Virus record (IMG/VR): IMGVR_UViG_2788499997_000004
Strand: one strand, 5' to 3'
Origin: a virus
Taxonomy: Duplodnaviria; Heunggongvirae; Uroviricota; Caudoviricetes
Length of the DNA: 64,000 bases
Shown here in pieces: positions 46,897 to 57,248 of this stretch. Positions within the stretch are counted from its first letter, which is position 1; every line of letters starts with the position of its first letter. The notes beneath the pieces were generated by a model. That model searched no databases. It was not told where the DNA came from and saw only the letters and a list, made by a program, of their open reading frames with translations. The position numbers and the translations under genes were made by a program.

Positions 46897-47619
46897 ATGA
46901 ATTATATTTTTTTATTACCATTTGCTTTTGGTGGAAATCCTGCATGTGAATCAGGCCCTAGAGCTGCATATAATATAATAAAGGATAACTTCTCTACTCA
47001 GAAATACTCTGTTTTTATTATTGAACAAAAAATCAATGAAAGTCCGGAAAATTATTTATTAAAAGTAGAAGATATTATTGATAAAGAGGTTATAGATAAT
47101 TCAAAATGTTGTGTAATTGGTGGAAATCATCTTTCTATATTACCTGTTTATAAACATATAATTAAATCTAACTTGTTATCTAATTTTTTAATATTAGATG
47201 CTCATCGAGATTTTTATCCTCAAAACGATTTATCCCATTCTACTTTTTTAAAATACATATCTCATGATAATAATTTTTTGTTGGTGGGTTGTAGAGATAA
47301 AAATAGACATCATTCATTTATTAGAAATACAAAAGTGATTTTTAAAGAAGATTATAAAGAGTTATTACAAATAGATATGAATAAAATAAATATGATAGAT
47401 ATAGATTTAGATGTAATAGATGAAAGTGAATTTGCCAGTTATTCAGATTATATCCCAAATGGGCTTTCGCTAAATCAAATTCGTGAAATAATTTCATTAT
47501 CTAAAAACAGGGAGGCACAGTTTTTATCAATTTCAGAATATAATCCTATTTTTGATTATGGACAAAAGGATTTACTAAAAATAATTGATTTAATTAATCT
47601 ATTTTTTGATGATTATTAA
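46897..47619 (+). CDS. ureohydrolase (arginase/agmatinase)-fold protein, possibly a peptide-arginase-like enzyme
   Basis: IGGNHLS (compare the GGDHS motif), LDAHRDF (DAHxD) and DIDLDVIDESE (SxDxDxxDP-like). Confidence 0.45.
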   Translation: MNYIFLLPFAFGGNPACESGPRAAYNIIKDNFSTQKYSVFIIEQKINESPENYLLKVEDIIDKEVIDNSKCCVIGGNHLSILPVYKHIIKSNLLSNFLILDAHRDFYPQNDLSHSTFLKYISHDNNFLLVGCRDKNRHHSFIRNTKVIFKEDYKELLQIDMNKINMIDIDLDVIDESEFASYSDYIPNGLSLNQIREIISLSKNREAQFLSISEYNPIFDYGQKDLLKIIDLINLFFDDY

Positions 47620-47638
47620 TAATAGGAGGTAAAATGAT

Positions 47639-48709
47639 ATGTTAATGCAGAGTTTTATCATACCCATAATTAAAGTAACTGATTCATGTAACTTTAATTG
47701 TGAATTTTGTTATTATTCACAAAAAAAATTACATTCAGAATTAATGACACTCGAATTATGTAAGAAAATAATAAAAGAAACATTTGAATATAATGCTAAG
47801 ATGGGAAATAAAAGAATGAGAATAATTTTTCATGGTGGAGAGCCTTTACTTCAACCCATAACCTTTTATAAAGAGTTATATAATTTTGAAAATGAGTTAA
47901 AACATAACTATCAAATGGATATTTTACATTCAATTCAAACGAATGGTTACAATATTAATAATCAATGGATTGAATTATTTCAAATAATGAATATGGATGT
48001 TGGAATTAGTATTGATGGCCCTGATTTTCTTAATTTCCATTATAATGAATTAGGTCAGAAAAAGTGCACTGATAAAGTTTTAGAGAATATACAATTATTA
48101 AATCAGAATAACATCTCTTATGGAATAATTAGTGTAATTACAAATTCTCATCTTAATTATGCAAAAGAAATGTATGATTTCTGTATTAAAAATGATATAC
48201 ATAATCTAAGTCTTAATTATTGTTATAATGATGACTCAGATGATAGTGTTGATACGAAAGAATTAGTTTTTTTCCTAAAAGAACTTTTTGATTTATATTT
48301 TAATGGTGATTATGAGTTAAATATTAGAGAATTTAATGAGTCTATTGCAAAAATACTAGGGTATTGTAGTGATACATGTGCAACATGTAGTAGGGAAAAT
48401 TGTGGGCAGTATATGTCTTTTGATTCCTATGGAAATGTATTCTTTTGTGATAATGCATATGATAAAAATAATGCAATTGGAAATTTATATAATTCTTCAT
48501 TATATGATATTATTGACTCCTCAAGATATTTAACAGAAATAATTAAATCAAGACGAAATTATGAAGAAAACTGTAAAAATTGCTCACTATCTTTTGTGTG
48601 TGGAAGTGGATGTTATAGATATGATAACAACCTTGGAGTTAATTATTTTTGTCCAACCATGAAAGCGATTAACAATTATATTATAAATAAAATAAATAAT
48701 AATGATTAA
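47639..48709 (+). CDS. radical SAM enzyme with C-terminal SPASM/twitch-type Cys cluster
   Basis: DSCNFNCEFC (CxxxCxxC) near the N-terminus; C-terminal CSDTCATCSRENCGQ...FCDNAY...CKNCSLSFVCGSGC. Confidence 0.65.
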   Translation: MLMQSFIIPIIKVTDSCNFNCEFCYYSQKKLHSELMTLELCKKIIKETFEYNAKMGNKRMRIIFHGGEPLLQPITFYKELYNFENELKHNYQMDILHSIQTNGYNINNQWIELFQIMNMDVGISIDGPDFLNFHYNELGQKKCTDKVLENIQLLNQNNISYGIISVITNSHLNYAKEMYDFCIKNDIHNLSLNYCYNDDSDDSVDTKELVFFLKELFDLYFNGDYELNIREFNESIAKILGYCSDTCATCSRENCGQYMSFDSYGNVFFCDNAYDKNNAIGNLYNSSLYDIIDSSRYLTEIIKSRRNYEENCKNCSLSFVCGSGCYRYDNNLGVNYFCPTMKAINNYIINKINNND

Positions 48710-48711
48710 AA

Positions 48712-48740
48712 AAAGTTGAAAAAAAATCAACTTTTTTTAA
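48712..48740. terminator. bidirectional terminator between convergent genes
   Basis: AAGTTGAaaaaaaaTCAACTT flanked by A-runs and T-runs. Confidence 0.5.
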
Positions 48741-49207
48741 TGAGTAATTACTAACAGTATCATTAGAAATATAATATATCCAATCAACATCATCAAAGCC
48801 AGAGGAATCATAATGCTCTGTTTTTCTTTTAAGCTTCCACCATGATTCTTTCTTTTTTGCATAAATTTATATAAGCAATAGAACCATGAAACAACAAATG
48901 TGATAAGAAAGAGTAGGAGGCTGTTTTCCATACCTAATAGAGAACCTACTGCTAACATCAGTTTGGCATCTCCGCCTCCTATTTGGTGGAGTTTAAAAAG
49001 GATGAAACATATAATAAATAATGGAATCAACCATATCTGATTTTTCAATCCTTCCAACCATCCATATAAAAACATGCTATTGATAATACCTATAGGAATA
49101 AATGGTAATGTCATATAATTGGGTATGATTCGTTTCCTTGCATCGCTGTAGGCTGTTAATACCAGTAAGATAAAAGTCAATATAATATCTAAATAAAGCA
49201 TATACAC
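48737..49207 (-). CDS. A24-family (prepilin peptidase / CpaA-like) membrane aspartyl protease
   Basis: AYSDARKRIIPN and IGGGDAKLM motifs in a polytopic 156-aa membrane protein. Confidence 0.5.
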   Translation of the reverse strand: MYMLYLDIILTFILLVLTAYSDARKRIIPNYMTLPFIPIGIINSMFLYGWLEGLKNQIWLIPLFIICFILFKLHQIGGGDAKLMLAVGSLLGMENSLLLFLITFVVSWFYCLYKFMQKRKNHGGSLKEKQSIMIPLALMMLIGYIIFLMILLVITH

Positions 49208-49226
49208 CTCCTAAAAAGAGACTGTC

Positions 49227-50867
49227 TTAGGCAGCCTCTTTTACATTTATATATAATTTTTCGATATCCTGTGCTAATAAGGTTTCTTTTTCTAGAAGAC
49301 TTTTAGCAATGGTATCTAAAAGTGATTGATTTTCCTTGATAATATGAGTTGCTTCTTCATGGCATTGTTTTAAAAGGGTATTCACTTCCTCATCAAGTTT
49401 CTTTTGAGTTTCTTGAGAGGCTTGGTTATCAACTTTCATCAATCCCATTTTCCCCATCCCAAAAGAGCCAACATATCTTCTGGCAAGATTCGTAGCTTTT
49501 TCAATGTCATTGGATGCACCAGCCGTTATATCATCGAAGAAAAGTTCCTCTGCGACACGACCTGATAATAACCCAACGATTTCATCATGAATAGAGCCTT
49601 TTGTAGGGAAAAATGTTTCTTCTTTTGGCATCATGAGGTTGTATCCTCCAGCTTCTCCACGAGGAATGATTGTGACTTTTTCTACCTTCTTTGCATTTTC
49701 CAGGACAAGACCAGCAACGGCATGACCTGCTTCATGATAAGCGACAATTTTTCTTTCTTTATCAGTATACTGATGTGTTGTTTTTGATGGTCCCATCAAG
49801 ACTCTATCCACAGCTTCATCAATAAGGGAATCATTGATAGCATTTTGATGGAATCTGACAGCTAAAAGTGCCGCTTCATTCATAAGTGCAGCTAATTCAG
49901 CATTAGAAAATCCCTGTGTTTTCTTAGCAATACTTTCAAAATCCAAATTATCAATCTTTTTATTCTTTGCGTGCAACTTAAGGACATCAATGCGTTCTTC
50001 ATATGTTGGTAAACCGACATAAATTTGTCTATCGAATCGTCCAGGACGAAGCAATGCAGAATCTAACATATCCTTACGATTTGTGGCAGCAATGACAATG
50101 TAGTTATTATCTTTGGTAAATCCATCCATCTCAACCAATAACTGATTAAGCGTATGTTCACTTTCTTTGTTATAACCGTTACTGCTTCTTTTTCCTCCCA
50201 TTGCATCAATCTCATCAATGAAGATAATGCATGGTTCCTTGCTTTCTCTTGCAGAGTCAAATAGCTTTCTCACTCTTTCAGCTCCAACTCCAACAAACTT
50301 TTCAACGAATTCAGAACCTGAAGTATATAAAAACTTCACACCTGCTTCACCAGCTACAGCTCTGGCAAGTAATGTTTTCCCTGTGCCTGGAGGGCCTTCA
50401 AATAGGATTCCATGAGGAATTGTTGCTCCCATACTATGATATTTTGAGGGCTGCTTTAAAAAGTCGATGATTTCGTATAATTCATCCTTTACTTCTTTAA
50501 ATCCGGCGATGTCGTTTAAAGTGATATCGCTATGAGAAGGAGTAAATTCATTGCCAACATTTTTTTCAGTCATCTTTTCATTAATCATATCTTTAATTTT
50601 ATTACTGTCAGCAGAAGAATTGACTGCTGTTTTCTTAGTTTCCTGTAAATAAGCAGTTGCAATCAGTTTGGCTTTATCCTTATATTCATTTCTTTCAATC
50701 TCAATAGTCTTCATTTTATAATAATATAAGCCTATGATGACAAAACTGGCAATGCCAATTAATGTCATCATAATAAAACCAATCATAGAAATAGATGTAA
50801 AAAAATATATAAATAACAGTGCTAGAATATAAATGACACCGTAAATTTTAATGTATGTGTTTTTCAT
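49227..50867 (-). CDS. ftsH: FtsH-like ATP-dependent zinc metalloprotease
   Basis: N-terminal TM helices, Walker [28 protein letters not shown], zinc site HEAGHAV. The ATG at 50867 follows GAGG; the track ORF extends to 50897. Confidence 0.75.
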   Translation of the reverse strand: MKNTYIKIYGVIYILALLFIYFFTSISMIGFIMMTLIGIASFVIIGLYYYKMKTIEIERNEYKDKAKLIATAYLQETKKTAVNSSADSNKIKDMINEKMTEKNVGNEFTPSHSDITLNDIAGFKEVKDELYEIIDFLKQPSKYHSMGATIPHGILFEGPPGTGKTLLARAVAGEAGVKFLYTSGSEFVEKFVGVGAERVRKLFDSARESKEPCIIFIDEIDAMGGKRSSNGYNKESEHTLNQLLVEMDGFTKDNNYIVIAATNRKDMLDSALLRPGRFDRQIYVGLPTYEERIDVLKLHAKNKKIDNLDFESIAKKTQGFSNAELAALMNEAALLAVRFHQNAINDSLIDEAVDRVLMGPSKTTHQYTDKERKIVAYHEAGHAVAGLVLENAKKVEKVTIIPRGEAGGYNLMMPKEETFFPTKGSIHDEIVGLLSGRVAEELFFDDITAGASNDIEKATNLARRYVGSFGMGKMGLMKVDNQASQETQKKLDEEVNTLLKQCHEEATHIIKENQSLLDTIAKSLLEKETLLAQDIEKLYINVKEAA

Positions 50868-50996
50868 ATCATAACCTCTTTTCCTTGCTAATAGCATTTG
50901 TCTTTAGCTTTTTCACAAGTCTATTTTACCATAAATCCTAAAAAATATCAAGAAAAATTTAGGGAAATAACAAAAAAGAGAATTTTTCATTCTCTT

Positions 50997-51503
50997 TTAC
51001 TTTTTATATAGCTTATGAAATAGAGAGGATATGAAATCATTTTCGTATACGACTTTGGCATAAACGTCCTCTACATTAATTTCACCAATAATTCTAGAAT
51101 CAATAGAATTATTTCTATTATCACCCATGACAAATACGCAGTCTTGAGAAACAGTCACTTCTTCCATGTCAGAATACATCTGTTCACTGATATAGGATTC
51201 TTCTTGTTTTTCTCCATTGATATAAAGATATCCATCCATAATAGCGACTGTATCGCCAGCAACAGCAATGACTCTTTTAATGATATATTCTGCTCCTATG
51301 TTGTATTGGGAACAGTCAACAATAACGACATCCTGACGGGCATAGTTTCTATCTATTTTAACGCCTAGAACGACATCCCTGTCTTCGTAAGTGGGATGCA
51401 TTGATTCTCCTGATACTATGGCAGTAGCAAATGTCACTTGTACACCAAAAAAAACAGCTAAACATAAAAGAACAAATCCAATTTTTTCAATTATCTTTTT
51501 CAT
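50997..51503 (-). CDS. lepB: signal peptidase I
   Basis: GESMHPT (Ser box), IKRVIAVAGD (Lys box) and GDNRNNSIDSR. Confidence 0.75.
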   Translation of the reverse strand: MKKIIEKIGFVLLCLAVFFGVQVTFATAIVSGESMHPTYEDRDVVLGVKIDRNYARQDVVIVDCSQYNIGAEYIIKRVIAVAGDTVAIMDGYLYINGEKQEESYISEQMYSDMEEVTVSQDCVFVMGDNRNNSIDSRIIGEINVEDVYAKVVYENDFISSLFHKLYKK

Positions 51504-51506
51504 GTT

Positions 51507-51989
51507 TTATCCCTCCAGTCGTGTTGCTGAGAATTCTTCGTTGGTGTTGAGATTGACTATGCTTAAGCTATTGATACCATTCATCTGAAAAGCAAATTCA
51601 CTGCTTTGCTTAGATAATGAAGAAGAATAGTTTTCACCATTCAAAATAAAGGTATCATAATTCATTTTATAATAATAGATATGTTTTTCTAATAGACTTG
51701 CTTTATTGGATTCTGGTGCTTGAATGGCTTCTAATGCATCTTCTTGTGTTAAAACAGTAGGGGAAGTGGCATGATAATAACTCTCTTTTGTGTTGTCCTG
51801 ATACCAGTAAAATTCATCTTCAGATATCACCATGACACTTCCATTGTTCAATATCCATTCTCCTTCAATCCCTGGTACATGTTGGGTACAGCCTATTAGC
51901 AAAAGGCTTAGTAAAAAGAAGAGACTAATCCTTTTGAAGTACCCAATGTTCAATTTCTTTAGCGAGTTCATTATTTTTCTCATATACAC
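51507..51989 (-). CDS. lipoprotein
   Basis: Signal peptide with lipobox LLIGC. Confidence 0.45.
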   Translation of the reverse strand: MYMRKIMNSLKKLNIGYFKRISLFFLLSLLLIGCTQHVPGIEGEWILNNGSVMVISEDEFYWYQDNTKESYYHATSPTVLTQEDALEAIQAPESNKASLLEKHIYYYKMNYDTFILNGENYSSSLSKQSSEFAFQMNGINSLSIVNLNTNEEFSATRLEG

Positions 51990-52344
51990 GATAAAATTTA
52001 TAAGATTTTCCTTCTGCAGTGATTTTGAAGTATCTTGGAGCTATGTGTATTTTATCAATGGAATGAAACGTATATTCTTTATCATTAACATGGAATGTAA
52101 TAGCATCATCTATCACAACACTATCATTATGCCTTTTCATAATGTCTGAAATAGGGTGAGTGTAGATAGTATGTCCTATGATTATCAAGATGACTGCTAG
52201 GAAGATGAGAATCAAACCTTGCCAAATGGCCATATACCTTAAGACTGTGATACTGAATAAAAGTAATGTAAATAATGTGGCGAATGATATTTTTTTTAAT
52301 CCCATAGCCTGTTTTTCATCATATAAATATGTCACTCCCTTCAC
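51925..52344 (-). CDS. small membrane protein
   Basis: Two TM segments. Confidence 0.35.
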   Translation of the reverse strand: MKGVTYLYDEKQAMGLKKISFATLFTLLLFSITVLRYMAIWQGLILIFLAVILIIIGHTIYTHPISDIMKRHNDSVVIDDAITFHVNDKEYTFHSIDKIHIAPRYFKITAEGKSYKFYRVYEKNNELAKEIEHWVLQKD

Positions 52345-52346
52345 CT

Positions 52347-54425
52347 CTAGAATTTGAATTCTACTTTATGTGTACCTTTATTGATATGTAAAACGGCATC
52401 AAATTTCTTTCCATTACGTGAAGTAAAACCTTTTAACTTACTTGTCTGTCCTTTATTTAATAGTGTTCTGACAGTTGTTTTGGAAATCTTTTTACCGGCG
52501 ATTTCTTTCCATATTGAGAAATTGCACCCATCTTTGTACCCTGGGCAGTAATAAGACTTGCTGTTTTCTTTCATTTCTCTACCACAGAATGGACAAATTC
52601 CTATACTATCTAATGACTTTTGGCTACTTTGACTTTTTATTGGTGCTACAGAGTCGATTGTTTTCCCACTGTTGTCTTTTGCAGAATTAACCAGTTCATC
52701 AACCTGTTCATTGACACTTCCCATAAACTCCTTAAAACTCATCTTCCCTTTTTCAACCATAGATAACTTTGTTTCCAGCTGTGCAGTCATCATAGGAGAT
52801 GTAAGAGGAGAATTTGGAAGGATGTCGACAAGTGCCATCGTTTTATCGGTAGGATAGATGACTTTTCCTTTCTTCACAAGAAAACCAGTCTTATAAAGTT
52901 TTTTGAGGATGTCAGAGCGAGTCGCCTCTGTTCCAATACCTTTCACTTCTTTCAAAATGCTTTTTGCTTTCTTATCTTCAACAAATCTTCCTGCATTTTC
53001 CATGGCTTTTAATAAACTTGCTTCAGTGTATCTTGCAGGTGGTTTTGTTGTTTTCTTTTCTACCTTATGATTGACATAATGATAATCCTTACCATCAGTG
53101 ATATGAGGTAGAATATTATCCTTTGGAATGCCATTAATCTTCATCCAATTAGCCTCAACAATGATTTTTCCTGTGCATGAGAACTTGACTCCATTTGCAT
53201 CTGTCGATACTTTTGTTTCCTCAACCTTAGCAGGTGGATAGAATCCCTGTAAAAATCTTTTCACAACCATCAAATATACAGCTTTTTCTTCTGATGATAA
53301 TTGACCAATAATCTTTGATGGTTCACCATCATATGTTGGCGTGATGGCTTCATGGGGCATTTCTCCAGCTGAGAAGTTGATAAGATGCTTTTGGAATGTA
53401 CGATGATTCTCTTTAATATCATCAATAATTTCATCAACTAATCCAATTCCATCCAAACTATCAACAATCTTCATGACTTCTTTGCTAGAAGATACAGAAA
53501 TCTGTTGAATATCTGTTCTTGGGTATGTTGTTAAACCATAGTCCTGATAGAGTTTTTGAAGAATGTTGGTCGTTTTTTCAGCCGATAATCCTAAAGCATT
53601 AATGGCTTCCATATTAACATCATTGGTTTTGTAAAGCATTGGACAGCGCACTTCCTTCAAATTGACTTCCTTGTGCATTGTATATGGTAAGGAATGAAGT
53701 TGAGCCTCTAAAGATGATGCTTCTTTATGAGATAAACGACCAGACTGTAATGACAAATGTTCACTGTCATCACTTGTTGTTGTCAATGTTATAGTCCAGT
53801 AATCTTCTGGCTTGAAGTTTTGAATTTCTTTTTCAAGTTTAGCCACAAGAAAACGAGTAGGGGACTGAACACGACCTTCATTAATGACGTTCTTATATCC
53901 ACCAAAGGCCTTTGTATTGACTCTTGTTCCGTTCATCCCAATGAAGTAGTCTGCCTGCATACGACATAATCCAGCTGTTTCAAGGTTTTTATAATAAGTA
54001 TTATCTTTTCTATCTTTGAAGGCCTTAGATAAACCAGCTTTTGTCCATTCATGAATCCAGACTCTTGTAACAGGAGCAGACATTTTGAGATTCTTAGCAA
54101 TTAATGCCCAAATGAGTTGTCCTTCACGGTCTGGGTCAGTACAGACAACAATTTCATCAATATCGTTTCTTTTAACAAGCTCTTTCAAGCAGTTGAAATA
54201 GGCTTTTGAAGAAGAAATAGCTTTGAGTGGTAAGATATCAGGCAATTGAAGTTTCTCAATTTTCCATTGCTTGTTGTTTGCATCAATTTCTTCTGGCATC
54301 TTGGCTTGAAAAAGATGTCCACATGCTGAGGCAAAAATATATTGAGTACCCTCATAAAAGTAGGTGTATTTTGCATATTTATGACTTTTTGCTGATGGTT
54401 CTAATGCATTGATGAATTTCTTCAT
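52347..54425 (-). CDS. type IA DNA topoisomerase (topoisomerase III-like)
   Basis: TOPRIM-like N-terminus, active-site region GLTTYPRTD, and C-terminal zinc ribbons CPFCG...CPGYKDGC. Confidence 0.7.
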   Translation of the reverse strand: MKKFINALEPSAKSHKYAKYTYFYEGTQYIFASACGHLFQAKMPEEIDANNKQWKIEKLQLPDILPLKAISSSKAYFNCLKELVKRNDIDEIVVCTDPDREGQLIWALIAKNLKMSAPVTRVWIHEWTKAGLSKAFKDRKDNTYYKNLETAGLCRMQADYFIGMNGTRVNTKAFGGYKNVINEGRVQSPTRFLVAKLEKEIQNFKPEDYWTITLTTTSDDSEHLSLQSGRLSHKEASSLEAQLHSLPYTMHKEVNLKEVRCPMLYKTNDVNMEAINALGLSAEKTTNILQKLYQDYGLTTYPRTDIQQISVSSSKEVMKIVDSLDGIGLVDEIIDDIKENHRTFQKHLINFSAGEMPHEAITPTYDGEPSKIIGQLSSEEKAVYLMVVKRFLQGFYPPAKVEETKVSTDANGVKFSCTGKIIVEANWMKINGIPKDNILPHITDGKDYHYVNHKVEKKTTKPPARYTEASLLKAMENAGRFVEDKKAKSILKEVKGIGTEATRSDILKKLYKTGFLVKKGKVIYPTDKTMALVDILPNSPLTSPMMTAQLETKLSMVEKGKMSFKEFMGSVNEQVDELVNSAKDNSGKTIDSVAPIKSQSSQKSLDSIGICPFCGREMKENSKSYYCPGYKDGCNFSIWKEIAGKKISKTTVRTLLNKGQTSKLKGFTSRNGKKFDAVLHINKGTHKVEFKF

Positions 54426-54633
54426 GACATCAGGTTTTTCAGCGATAATAAGTTTTTTTATAATAATTCCTCCAAAGAGGAGCTAATCTAGACGATTGCT
54501 TCCAGCTCTAGCATATTATATCATTAATTTAGGAAAATAACAAGTAAAATTAGGAATAATACAAATATTATTGAGGCTCATATGATAAATAAATCAAAAA
54601 AAAGACTTCAACCAGAGGCTGAAGTCTATTCGT

Positions 54634-56082
54634 TTATGCCAGAAATGGAATCTTATTCTGGATAAGATATTCAGTTGTCTTCATATAGTCAACATAAAAG
54701 TCTTCCTTATGAACGGAAAGATTCTTTGAATCTACACTGATGACTTCAGATAATCCATTCTTTTGAGCAATGTCTGTTTTAATTTGAGAAAGAGTATCCT
54801 TATAAATATAGATTCTCAGCTTTCTATCCAATGCTTTTTTCATGGCATTGACTATAAGAGTGGTTGAAATTTCACCATTGTCTTCTTTCTTTTGAATACG
54901 TCCACTGACAATGACAATTTCCTCTTCATTGATGAGATGTTCAATACCCTCGTAGGTCTTAGGGAAAACAACACCTTCAATCGCATCGAATTCATCACCT
55001 AATGTCAAGAAACACATATCATCGCCTTTCTTTGTCGTAATCTTTTGAATATCATCTATCTGACAGAGAATCTGCACATCTGTTCCATCATCCATATCCA
55101 TTAAATCATGAATAGTATCTTGATAGACTTTGAGCACAGGTCGAATCTGTTCTAATGGATGACCATTGAGACAGATGTGGATAGCCTTTCTTTCTAGATT
55201 CATTTTTTCCTGTAATCCATATTCAATCCCTTCATAACTGTCTTCTCCGATGATATCATCTAATATCGTCCTTCCATAAATGGATGAGATTTTGTGATGA
55301 TATTTGACAGTTTCTAAAATGGATGGAACAATCTCATTCATTTCCTTACGGACTCCCCATTTATCAAAGACACCACCATTGATAAGGTTGCTTAACTGGT
55401 TAGTACGAATTGTTGGGAACTTATCTATGAATTCGTAAAGAGATGGGGAATGTTTAAGGGATGTGATGAGTTTTGCCACATCTTCCCCAATTCCTTCAAT
55501 CCCATTGAGTCCATAACGAATGGCATAACGCCCCTCATGCTTCTCGATAGAGAATTGAGAGAGGGAGTCTTGAAGGGTTGGTGGAAGGATTTCTATACCA
55601 AGATTTCTGATTTCTCCAAGACATGGAATTAACTTATCCTTATCATCGGCATTGATAGTACAGTTGGCCGCCATAAAACATTCAGGATAGTGTGCCTTTA
55701 AATAAGCTGTCTGATATGAAATCATAGCATAGGCTGCACTATGTGATTTGTTGAATCCGTATTCTGCGAACTTTTTAATCATAGCGTACACTTCTTTTGC
55801 TGTTTTTTCAGGAACACCATTGTCCTGACAGCGTTTGGAAAACTCTTCTTCCATCATATCAATATATTGCTTATCTTTCTTTCCTATTCCACGTCTTAAT
55901 ATGTCAGCTTCTCCTAAAGAGAAACCTGCCATATCCTGTACCACCTGCATAATCTGCTCCTGGTAGACGAGGATACCATATGTTTCCTTTGAAGAGTTTT
56001 CGTATAATGGATGAGGATAATGGACTTTTGAAGGGTTTTTCATACCTTCAAGATAGTTATCAATAAACTGCATTGGACCCGG
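54634..56082 (-). CDS. dnaE: DNA polymerase III alpha (DnaE) exon 3
   Basis: Begins PGPMQFIDNY (compare RPGPLQSGMVDNFIDR); contains YQEQIMQ, GKKDKQ and FNKSHSAAYA. Confidence 0.6.
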   Translation of the reverse strand, partial: PGPMQFIDNYLEGMKNPSKVHYPHPLYENSSKETYGILVYQEQIMQVVQDMAGFSLGEADILRRGIGKKDKQYIDMMEEEFSKRCQDNGVPEKTAKEVYAMIKKFAEYGFNKSHSAAYAMISYQTAYLKAHYPECFMAANCTINADDKDKLIPCLGEIRNLGIEILPPTLQDSLSQFSIEKHEGRYAIRYGLNGIEGIGEDVAKLITSLKHSPSLYEFIDKFPTIRTNQLSNLINGGVFDKWGVRKEMNEIVPSILETVKYHHKISSIYGRTILDDIIGEDSYEGIEYGLQEKMNLERKAIHICLNGHPLEQIRPVLKVYQDTIHDLMDMDDGTDVQILCQIDDIQKITTKKGDDMCFLTLGDEFDAIEGVVFPKTYEGIEHLINEEEIVIVSGRIQKKEDNGEISTTLIVNAMKKALDRKLRIYIYKDTLSQIKTDIAQKNGLSEVISVDSKNLSVHKEDFYVDYMKTTEYLIQNKIPFLA

Positions 56083-57248
56083 CAACTTCAACGTGAGCTT
56101 TCACCCACCAGTAATATATACTGTGAAGCTGGACTATACAATCATCCACGTGGGATGCCTCTAGGTAGTCTCTGGGAGGCTTACAAATAATTAAACATTG
56201 TTTTTTGGAATTCTTCTGATTTGGATATTTCTACCCATGAACATTCTTGAATTGTGCCTCATATGTGCACGTATTGCACCTGTAACTGATGATGGTTTCT
56301 TGTCACATATGTTATGCTCTATACACCAATTTGCACAATCTAAAGTTTTGTTAAATATGTATGTTTTACCATCCATTGTTAATTGGAGTAAAGAATTATA
56401 AGCTAATTCTCTTTGAGCAAGATTTTTATTTCTATATTCTTCATCTTTCCAGTTATTAGCTACAGATTTAATTGCTTTATTTTTGTTTTCTTCATTAGAC
56501 CAATAAGCTCTTTTATTTAACGATTTAATTTTTCTTATATTATCTTGTGCTTGTTGACTGGCTAATTGTTTATAGTAGGTATCATCCTTTGCAATTTTCT
56601 TTTTCATAGCTATTGAATAAACTTCAGCGAGATTTGTGTTTGCATATAATTCTTTTCTCGTTTGGGATATTTTTTGTTTACTCTCATCTCTAAGGTAATA
56701 ATGACTATCACCACCTGAAGTAGCATTATACCCTTTATTTCTATCTACTGTCTGATAATAATTTATCCAATACTTTTCTCTAATGTTTAATTCATCTTTC
56801 GTACATTCTTCAAGAACACTAAAATCGAAATTTTCTATGCCATATTTTTTTAAAGCATTATATAAATGATTATTCCTAATATTTGTATGAGACATTTTTA
56901 TATGGTCTTTCCATCTTTTTTCAATATTAATACTTTGTCCAATATACTTTTTGCTATTTATTCTATTTTTTATCATATATATTCCAATAGTCAATATATC
57001 ACTCCGGCATTAGATGCCATATTTTAAAATGTTATGTTTATTTGTAAGTTTCTCTGCTGATTATCCATTGTTTATAACACTTAGGACCTCAATTGAGGCT
57101 TTTATTTCACCATATGTCATCTCATTTTCTTGTTTCTATCTTTCGATACCCATCTTACTTATATAAGAGGGGAAATGAGCTTTAGGAGTTTCCAGCATAT
57201 AAAGAGGTTTTTCGCACTATGTTGCCATAATACGTCGCCTGTATGTTC
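56083..57248 (-). mobile_element. group I intron in dnaE carrying a GIY-YIG homing endonuclease ORF
   Basis: The upstream exon ends in U and the intron ends in G. A free-standing endonuclease ORF with its own RBS sits inside. Flanking ORF read-throughs hit stop codons. Confidence 0.5.
56191..56994 (-). CDS. GIY-YIG homing endonuclease
   Basis: IGIYMIKN...KKYIGQS (GIY...YIG) near the N-terminus; TTG start after GGAGTG. Confidence 0.65.
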   Translation of the reverse strand: MTIGIYMIKNRINSKKYIGQSINIEKRWKDHIKMSHTNIRNNHLYNALKKYGIENFDFSVLEECTKDELNIREKYWINYYQTVDRNKGYNATSGGDSHYYLRDESKQKISQTRKELYANTNLAEVYSIAMKKKIAKDDTYYKQLASQQAQDNIRKIKSLNKRAYWSNEENKNKAIKSVANNWKDEEYRNKNLAQRELAYNSLLQLTMDGKTYIFNKTLDCANWCIEHNICDKKPSSVTGAIRAHMRHNSRMFMGRNIQIRRIPKNNV

